64,000 nt of DNA from Octopus bimaculoides (taxonomy: Eukaryota): the NCBI RefSeq assembly GCF_001194135.2, contig NC_068992.1:5138710-5202709 (forward strand). Reading direction: 5' to 3'. A model generated the notes under the pieces. It was not told the origin of the DNA and ran no database searches. It worked only from the letters and a program-made list of their open reading frames with translations. The translations under genes and the position numbers were made by a program. Of the stretch, positions 54,625 through 64,000 are shown piece after piece (within the stretch, counting starts at the first letter, position 1; each line of letters starts with the position of its first letter).

Positions 54625-55337
54625 NNNNNNNNNNNNNNNNNNNNNNNNNNNNNNNNNNNNNNNNNNNNNNNNNNNNNNNNNNNNNNNNNNNNNNNNNNNN
54701 NNNNNNNNNNNNNNNNNNNNNNNNNNNNNNNNNNNNNNNNNNNNNNNNNNNNNNNNNNNNNNNNNNNNNNNNNNNNNNNNNNNNNNNNNNNNNNNNNNNN
54801 NNNNNNNNNNNNNNNNNNNNNNNNNNNNNNNNNNNNNNNNNNNNNNNNNNNNNNNNNNNNNNNNNNNNNNNNNNNNNNNNNNNNNNNNNNNNNNNNNNNN
54901 NNNNNNNNNNNNNNNNNNNNNNNNNNNNNNNNNNNNNNNNNNNNNNNNNNNNNNNNNNNNNNNNNNNNNNNNNNNNNNNNNNNNNNNNNNNNNNNNNNNN
55001 NNNNNNNNNNNNNNNNNNNNNNNNNNNNNNNNNNNNNNNNNNNNNNNNNNNNNNNNNNNNNNNNNNNNNNNNNNNNNNNNNNNNNNNNNNNNNNNNNNNN
55101 NNNNNNNNNNNNNNNNNNNNNNNNNNNNNNNNNNNNNNNNNNNNNNNNNNNNNNNNNNNNNNNNNNNNNNNNNNNNNNNNNNNNNNNNNNNNNNNNNNNN
55201 NNNNNNNNNNNNNNNNNNNNNNNNNNNNNNNNNNNNNNNNNNNNNNNNNNNNNNNNNNNNNNNNNNNNNNNNNNNNNNNNNNNNNNNNNNNNNNNNNNNN
55301 NNNNNNNNNNNNNNNNNNNNNNNNNNNNNNNNNNNNN

Positions 55338-55382
<45 letters not shown>

Positions 55383-55789
55383 CAAAATAGCTGAAAGAAT
55401 GCATATTCATGAATTAGATAGAGTGATTATTGTGCAGCATAGTGTACGTTATATTGTTTCCGTCTCAAGGGAATGTAAAAAAAGTACCGTTTTCAAAATG
55501 AATTCTCATACAGATGAGAATGTATACTCATATATTCTCAATGTATCCATAACTTGCATGTATATAACACACATATATACGTACATACATGCATACACAC
55601 TCATATATATGTACAATGTCAGCTGTTTATACTGGAGATTACTCCAATCTGGCCAGCCCCAAGGAAAAACTAATCTAAGAGCACTAGATTCCTTGGAAGA
55701 AAGAAGCGAATCTATACGAAAGCAAGGACGGAAAAAACGGTGAATTTGTACACAAATACAAATAACAGGAGGTTAACAACGGGTGTCTT

Positions 55790-56150
55790 TCGACTAAGGA
55801 CGAATTAAATTAAGCTGGCGTGTCTGGAAGTAATGCTTTATGACAGTGACATAAGATTTGACAGGCACAGATTAGGAATATAGAAGTTGCACGGATGATA
55901 GTTGAACCAAAAAAGAAACGTCAGGTTTGGCCGAACACCGGTCCCGTGGGGAGGGAAGAGAGGGAGGTAGAAGCAGAGGGATAGAAGAATTGAGGAGAAG
56001 TGAGAAAAAAGGAAATGGACAGAGTGAAGTGAAAGAGGAAGGAAGGTGAGCATGAAGAGAAGGCCCGGAAATGTGAGATAGGGAGAACGAAAGAACGAAG
56101 AGTGGAACGAACCAAGTAAGTGTGAAGGGGCTGATAGAAAGAAGAAAAGT
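55790..56150 (-). mobile_element. Possible L2/CR1-like LINE 3' relic
   Basis: Minus strand LPISHFRAFSS...SLSSLP...HPCNFYIPNLC..., loosely like L2/CR1 C-termini (PLSHRR.V.SL...HP..V..P.CRT). Heavily decayed and purine-rich on the plus strand. Confidence 0.35.
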
Positions 56151-57469
56151 ATGAAAGAATAGAAAGAATAGAAAGAATGATAGAGTCTACATACAAGTTA
56201 CTGAATCGTAGTCAGTAATTACTTCTGAGATGCAAGCATTCTTTTAGGAAAGTGTTTAAATACTTCTCAAGTAAAGATTATTACGATGTAACCCATGTAG
56301 AGGCAAACAATGTCTATCGTCTCAGAAATCGTAGATTTGTTATAGTTAGTTTTAACTGTGTCACAATAAACTTCATTCGTTTTTTAACATTTTTCTTTTA
56401 CTTCCTGTTCACTTGCTCATTATTTTGATTTGTGTGAATCTATTTACACATTACCATGTGTTATCCGTAATGGAAATACATCTTGACGTATCTCTGGCCT
56501 CTTCAGCTGTTAAGTTTGTAATCATCCTATTCGCTTGAATCCTTTAGGGGTACTCTAAGTATAAGTAGGGTCACTCTAAGTATAATATGTAGACATAAGG
56601 TATTTTATAGCAATCTCTATTTTCTTCTATATTAACCGCGTCTTCCTAAATTATACTTAGGACTATCAAAACTTTTATCCCTCAATTCGCTTCTCCAAAA
56701 TGCACGGATGTAATGTTGGATGAAACTAAATAGATTCGTATGCCTTGGATGAATATATACAATCAACCTAAAAGCGACATCAAGAAATATGTATATGTTA
56801 TATATACAATTTCGACATACAAATATAATACTTAAAGTGGCTTACACAATCCAACCTAAGGCACAAGACAACATCTTATGTATAAAATATTTAAAACGAT
56901 AGGATTGACAAAGCCCAAAGCATTTAGACGTATGTTTGTTGAAACAAGAATAATCTCATGCTAAATAACAGCGACGAATCTGATTTGAAATGATGTAACA
57001 AAATCCTAATGATTTCATAATGAAATTAAGAATTACGATACTATTATAATTTCCATAATTATAGTAAGTTTCAAGTTTATATTTCAATGAATTCTATAGC
57101 AAATATAAGAACTCTGTAAAACATATGTTGCGAAATATAAAAGAAAAGAACGATGTTTAAATTATATTATGCGGTGCAGGTGAACTGAGGTTATAATTCC
57201 CTGTTCATTTTCGTTGCTCAATTCGTTAACATATATCTCGAAACTTGTGGCGATTTTCATTATTTCCTTTGACCCTTTATGTTGAAGCAATATAGTCCTT
57301 CATTTCCTCTATGTAACAGTAGATGAATAATATCTAGCGTAACACAGTCATTCAATCATGGACAAATCATATCATGCAGAGAATAATGTTGAAATGAACT
57401 ACAAGTTAATAGAGCGCTGGAGCACTCTGGGGATAGAATGACAATAAAGCGAGCAATGAAGTGAACATT

Positions 57470-57510
<41 letters not shown>

Positions 57511-57772
57511 ATATANNNNNNNNNNNNNNNNNNNNNNNNNNNNNNNNNNNNNNNNNNNNNNNNNNNNNNNNNNNNNNNNNNNNNNNNNNNNNNNNNNNNN
57601 NNNNNNNNNNNNNNNNNNNNNNNNNNNNNNNNNNNNNNNNNNNNNNNNNNGGGAGATAGATAGATAGATAGATAGATAGATAAATACATAGATAGATAGA
57701 TAGATAGTTAGACACATAGATATATAGATATATATAGAGAGAGATATATGCATATATATATATAAATAAATG

Positions 57773-57811
<39 letters not shown>

Positions 57812-57893
57812 CCATATACACAATATTAATACATGTGTAAATATACGTGTTTGTATATATGTCTAACTAAATATGTATACGTATGCACATGTT

Positions 57894-57928
<35 letters not shown>

Positions 57929-57960
57929 ATAGATACATACATACATACAAAGATAGATAT
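57470..57960. repeat. (TA)n/(GATA)n microsatellite cluster with gap
   Basis: Direct repeats flanking N 57516-57650. Confidence 0.95.
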
Positions 57961-60900
57961 AGTTATATGTATTTTCAGGTGACTATATGGAAATGAAGGA
58001 GAAGCGTTGAGAAAAGGGAACGAAGACAAGTGACACAATGAGATTGAAAGGAGAAAAAAGAAAATAAGAATATTTTATGATATTGACCCTAACCTATAAG
58101 TTTACAGCCATTGCAATTTAGTCCTGGGTTCACGAACATGAGTTCAGTCTTTTTAATATTCTCAGTGTGGATCACTTACTTACGGAGAGATCTCTTTCGT
58201 AGCTGCTGTATGTATGGAAAGTAATTTGCTGTTCTATTTATTTTAGTTATTATTTCATTTGCTCATACCTAGCATATGGTTCTATTCGCTCTATGCGGAT
58301 GGAGAGAGGATGATGGGTAGATACCAATCATATATATACGCACACCTCTGTTGGACGGTCTGTAAACGTGCGTGTACAGTGAACAAGACATATTATCTTA
58401 CATACTTATAGCGACACTTGCACGTACACACGTATGTGTATATAAATATATATATNNNNNNNNNNNNNNNNNNNNNNNNNNNNNNNNNNNNNNNNNNNNN
58501 NNNNNNNNNNNNNNNNNNNNNNNNNNNNNNNNNNNNNNNNNNNNNNNNNNNNNNNNNNNNNNNNNNNNNNNNNNNNNNNNNNNNNNNNNNNNNNNNNNNN
58601 NNNNNNNNNNNNNNNNNNNNNNNNNNNNNNNNNNNNNNNNNNNNNNNNNNNNNNNNNNNNNNNNNNNNNNNNNNNNNNNNNNNNNNNNNNNNNNNNNNNN
58701 NNNNNNNNNNNNNNNNNNNNNNNNNNNNNNNNNNNNNNNNNNNNNNNNNNNNNNNNNNNNNNNNNNNNNNNNNNNNNNNNNNNNNNNNNNNNNNNNATAT
58801 ATATATATATATATATATACATGTATACATATATGTATATATATATATATATATATACATATGTAATATATGTATGTACATATATGTGATTGTGTGTGTA
58901 TAGATATATATGTGTGTGTGTATGTATGTATATATGTATGTAAGTATATATCTACATACGTACATACATTCATACATTAAAATAATGATATTTATATAAC
59001 TAAATATATATATATTCTTTTTATTAATGATTTGAGTTCATGCTGTGCAGATTCATAGATATGTATACGGACAAAGTTATCTAACTATCACTCACTGTAG
59101 TTTATGCTCTCGGTAATATCTGTTTAGTTTGTTGTATTCAATCTTCTTGAGCTATCTACTTGCTATTTATTCATGCGATCATTTATTGCTTAGGAAAATA
59201 TTCGTTGCATTATAGAAAATTTATTGCAGAAAATATATGCCTGGAAGAAAAATTTTTGCTGTCATTAGGTTTAAGTATTTCCTGAAACTGAGTAATCAGA
59301 CACGTATTTCTGTCGAAGTTTAGACCTAGAGCGACACCCCATACGACAACTTTTAATAACGAATTTATTTTTAATGAAATCAGAAATATATTGTTTATAA
59401 ATCAAATGATTTATTAGCTCTTGTTCTTCAGGATTTATCTGGAAACACAATGTGAGTAGCGTGTTTGTTACACATTAGTGCGTTAATGAGAATTTACGTA
59501 ATGTAATCTAGAAGGAAATATATCTTTAAAAACTGAAGAGATTTTCGAAGTTACAACGTTTGCAATGATGTGTCTGGTGATATGAATTGTTTGCAATAAA
59601 CAGTGAATATAAAATATATAGTCTGTTCTAAATTTCAGCGGCTACTTTAATGAATGTTAAAAAATGTATCACCTATATTGATATAAGAAGTATGAGTTTC
59701 CTAAAACATGAGAGGATTCCGCTGCTAGAACGAATTTTGACATTAAAATTAAACTCTACAATATGTAATAAAATTGAAACTAATCTGAATATTAGACGCT
59801 TTTCTTGTAACGATAGTTGAGGAGTATTTACTAGACAACATGGATGGCGTTTGTTCTGCTTGCTGCACATATAGTTGGTAATCAGTCGAACGTCTTGGTT
59901 TACGTGTAGCGTAGAGTGGTTCCACACATCGCAATATCAAAGACTTCCGCCAAATTATTCTCGTCAAAACCATTTCAAATACATTTTTTTTTCGATATTA
60001 AATTTCCCGAAATATACAACAGAATGTTATTCCTTGGTTTGTATTATCTTTTTTTTTTTTAATTTTGCGTTTATAGGAGGAAAAAGTAGCCTAGCGGGAT
60101 TACTTTTGTCTCTTTTTGCTCTGATTTAAAATCCTGATGCGGTCAGCATTGTGTTTTCTTTATCTCCTGCCTATAAAACAGAATATGAGAGAAATACCGA
60201 TGGAAAGGACATTGACTGATCTTGTAACCTCAAGTATCTACATTTCTTCTGAAATCAGCAATTAATTGTCGGCCACAGAAGATTGAATATGAATACGAGA
60301 TAATTCTAATGAGCACCACAAGGAAGTCTGTGTTGATACATGAATTGTTAGAAATAGCAACACCTTCCAATATAAGCGGATCAGTTAATTATGATTTTAT
60401 TCAACATATTCCCCTCTCCGATTCACACATCTATTTTAGAGGTCCTTCAGTCTTTCTAAACCCTGTAAAATTACTCAGAAATTTAGGCCACAAACCAGGC
60501 CTTTCGCGACGCCCTTAAATCCAGAAACTTTTAAACACCTCTTCGTACATGTCAATATAGCATGTATGTGTGTCTGTTATTATATCGCCGTCAGTTTACA
60601 TTTGGAGAGACGTCCAAATGTAAACGTATTGTATCGAACGAAGATAGCTTTTGGATTTAATACGGTGTATGATCATAAATTTCTAACTGAAAATATAGAT
60701 GTTTGCCTTGTGATGACTATAAACTACACTAAAGTCCCGATTGTTCGGCTGTGTTATATTTCTTGTCGTCTGTCATGAATCTGATAAAATTCTGGAATAT
60801 ATTGAAAAATTAAAATACACTTGAGTTTGGTTACATCGATTCAAAATCGTTGAGAACCTGTTTTGATCTACATTAATCAAACTGAGAATCACGTGCATGT

Positions 60901-61315
60901 ATTGCCTGTGTTACAATTTAAAGTTGTAATATTACATATATATTTTTTCATTCACCTCAGTAGCTTGATGGAGCATGTTTAATATTGATATGGCAGTTAA
61001 AGGATGAAATGCTTATAAGACTCATGAAACGTCTCAATGCCAACGAATCATATAGCGAATGTCAAAAGCTAACACAAGATCACTAATTCTTACACAAATA
61101 TTGCCTTTATGAAAACGATTAGAGTTATTGATTTTCCAGTGAATTATACTTCACTCCGAAATTTCAAGTCTTAAATTCGACATAATTCCCAATGGACAAC
61201 TGTGGTATATCACTCTTATCTTTTAAATTCATTCTTCGACGTGTGGCATATTTCCTCTGCAGTAAAATATCTCCATAATACTGCATCGGAGATCTTATCT
61301 TTTTGTAGCAACGGG

Positions 61316-61359
<44 letters not shown>

Positions 61360-61384
61360 GATTATTATTATTATTATTATTATA
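61316..61384. repeat. (ATT)n trinucleotide tract
   Basis: Direct repeat. Confidence 0.97.
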
Positions 61385-61810
61385 AATATAAGTACTTTTA
61401 TTAGTATCAGTAGATACAGTTGCACTTATAGTAACATAATTTTTTGTAGGAGTTACAATATTGTTTGTGAATTCTTCTTGTTACTGTTGTTTTTTGTTGG
61501 TATTTGTCATTGTTTCTGCCATATTCCCAGAAGCTGGCGCCAGGTGATTTACTGTAAAAAGTAAATATACACGTATAGTAAAAAAACAAACAAAGATAAA
61601 ACATGTTATCTACAGCATTTTTGTTAGTGACTACTTTGTCGTCATGATTTAGAAAAATGAAATCATGTGATTACTTGAAAGAATATTTTAGAAGTATGTA
61701 ACATGGTTACCAGCTGTTTCTACTCATGTTGCTGCTCCAGATCACTCACACTGCCACGAACATAGACAAAGGCACAAAACGAGGCCTACATATGTATCTG
61801 TCTAGCTATC

Positions 61811-61850
<40 letters not shown>

Positions 61851-62854
61851 CTCACTATGTTTCTGTCTATATCTTTTCATCTCTGTATTATATATATATG
61901 TGTGTGTGTGTGTATGTATGTATGCGCGCGTGTGTGTCTGCTCCTGTGTATGTGTATATAGAGATAATTATACTTATATTTATGCACACACATACATATA
62001 CATACACATACGTAGACAGAGTGAAATATCTTAATGCGTGTAGGCGTATGCGTGTCGCTTGGGCTTACATGTGCTTTTGCTTAAAAGCAGAGAGGTGGGC
62101 ATTTCTTTGCGTGCAATCTTGTAGGCGTTTGCGCGTATGTAGATTATTGTTAGTCAACTATGTTTTCTTGAACATGACATATGAATTGTCGTTTTTCAAT
62201 GATAAACAGTTAGAAATTTACTGAAAATTTAGAAAAATATTTAAGCAAATGATATACGAAGAATAGTAACCCTATTAAAATAAGTTACACCAATATCGTA
62301 TACTATTTCAATTAGTCATCAATAAAGGGAAGGAAAAAACACACCCTGCATTTCACTACAGTCACTTCGTGAAGAAAACATTTATTTACACCATTTGCGT
62401 TTAATTTAGTTTAAGACATCCTATATAGCAATTTATAATTTCTTTTATGAGAGCTTCTAGAACATAAAGGGGTTATATGTAAATCGAAAATATTTACAAA
62501 CAAATATCCATATGTAAGATCCTAAAATTATAAGGAAATTAGAAAAAAAAACAGATATGCATGCGGTCAGGCGCAACTATAAAATGACGATGAAAAATAA
62601 ATAAACGCTCGCATATTTACGAAATTATGTGAGGGCATATGGAAAGTGGGAATGTTCACTTTAATTTTTAACATTTTTCGAGCTGATTTATAAGTAGAGT
62701 ACTGTCATATAATTACCACACATTAATGTATAAGTTATGCACATACACACACTCTTTCTGTCTCTCTACAAATATATATATATCTATATATATTGACCGT
62801 TGACTGGACACTATTCAATTTTTTTTCTCCGTGTTTTTCTCCTTGTCTCCATAT

Positions 62855-62891
62855 TCTTTCTGTTGAAGAGCGTAGCTCGAAGCGTCAAAGA
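62855..62891 (+). ncRNA. Minimal hammerhead-ribozyme-like motif (PLE type), degenerate core
   Basis: tcttt-CTGTTGA-a-gagc(gta)gctc-GAAG-cgtc-aaaga. Stem I is tcttt/aaaga, stem II is gagc/gctc, and a GUC triplet is present. The core deviates at two positions (CUGUUGA, GAAG). Confidence 0.45.
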
Positions 62892-63644
62892 CTTTCCGTA
62901 TTCCCGAGCGTCATACTAATACATCCTTTTGTTATTTACACCACCTGTCCTCGTCTGTTGNNNNNNNNNNNNNNNNNNNNNNNNNNNNNNNNNNNNNNNN
63001 NNNNNNNNNNNNNNNNNNNNNNNNNNNNNNNNNNNNNNNNNNNNNNNNNNNNNNNNNNNNNNNNNNNNNNNNNNNNNNNNNNNNNNNNNNNNNNNNNNNN
63101 NNNNNNNNNNNNNNNNNNNNNNNNNNNNNNNNNNNNNNNNNNNNNNNNNNNNNNNNNNNNNNNNNNNNNNNNNNNNNNNNNNNNNNNNNNNNNNNNNNNN
63201 NNNNNNNNNNNNNNNNNNNNNNNNNNNNNNNNNNNNNNNNNNNNNNNNNNNNNNNNNNNNNNNNNNNNNNNNNNNNNNNNNNNNNNNNNNNNNNNNNNNN
63301 NNNNNNNNNNNNNNNNNNNNNNNNNNNNNNNNNNNNNNNNNNNNNNNNNNNNNNNNNNNNNNNNNNNNNNNNNNNNNNNNNNNNNNNNNNNNNNNNNNNN
63401 NNNNNNNNNNNNNNNNNNNNNNNNNNNNNNNNNNNNNNNNNNNNNNNNNNNNNNNNNNNNNNNNNNNNNNNNNNNNNNNNNNNNNNNNNNNNNNNNNNNN
63501 NNNNNNNNNNNNNNNNNNNNNNNNNNNNNNNNNNNNNNNNNNNNNNNNNNNNNNNNNNNNNNNNNNNNNNNNNNNNNNNNNNNNNNNNNNNNNNNNNNNN
63601 NNNNNNNNNNNNNNNNGATTATAGCAGCGTCTCCATCTAAGAAT

Positions 63645-63677
63645 ATCTGAAGAAGGAATTGTATTCCGAAATATCAT
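63645..63677 (+). ncRNA. Minimal hammerhead-ribozyme-like motif (PLE type)
   Basis: CTGAAGA-a-ggaat(tgt)attcc-GAAA-tatc: canonical CUGANGA and GAAA boxes, 5-bp stem II, palindromic AUAU stem III and an AUC triplet. Stem I has only 2 bp. Confidence 0.5.
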
Positions 63678-63799
63678 CGGACTATAGATAACTAAATTGC
63701 AACAGGTATATAGTCCATTTTTTGTATTATAGTGCATTGTTGTACCATTCAAAACTACTAATACTTTATATATTTATATATATTACTGTCTATCTATCT

Positions 63800-63862
63800 A
63801 TAAGGCGATGCACCAGCATGCACGCGGTGAAATAGCTGAAACAAGTAGAAGAGTAAAAGAAT
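63800..63862 (+). mobile_element. SINE type B 3' tail fragment
   Basis: ggcgatgcaccagcatg...gctgaaacaagtagaagagtaaaagaa, similar to 21230-21280. Confidence 0.6.
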
Positions 63863-64000
63863 ATTTATATATGTATGTGTATGTGTCTGCGCGCGTTTGT
63901 GTACCTGTGTATGCGGGTATGTGCTTGTATGTATACGTGCCTATATACACATGTATGTTTCTGTGTAAAAGTACACATGTATATGTATATATATATATAT

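Noticed and set aside
56480-56510. Minus-strand CTGAAGAggccagaGATACGTC, hammerhead-like
   Set aside because: No stem I or stem II pairing and the GAAA box is altered; at best a decayed remnant.

Overview
AT-rich, repeat-dense eukaryotic genomic DNA from a draft assembly, with 10 N-gaps totalling about 4.06 kb. The tRNA-type SINEs, abundant (TA)n/(CA)n/(TAGA)n microsatellites and the mariner and Penelope relics look like octopus (coleoid cephalopod) DNA; that assignment is inference from recalled repeat sequences. No host protein-coding gene can be securely called, and nearly all long ORFs in the track are artefacts of gaps, microsatellites or repeats. Supported content: (i) two interleaved SINE types, including a target-site-duplication (TSD)-bounded monomer, a TSD-bounded dimer and a nested insertion; (ii) five decayed mariner elements, one with two 5' ends in inverted orientation, plus a Tc1-like end; (iii) three Penelope-like (PLE) RT or GIY-YIG relics and two hammerhead-ribozyme-like motifs flanking the last gap; (iv) RTE-like and possible L2/CR1-like LINE 3' fragments; (v) a tail-to-tail inverted repeat around a (TA)n core. 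A few plus-strand signal-peptide-like candidate exons (42.2, 44.5, 46.6 and 59.8-60.5 kb) are reported only as hypotheses.
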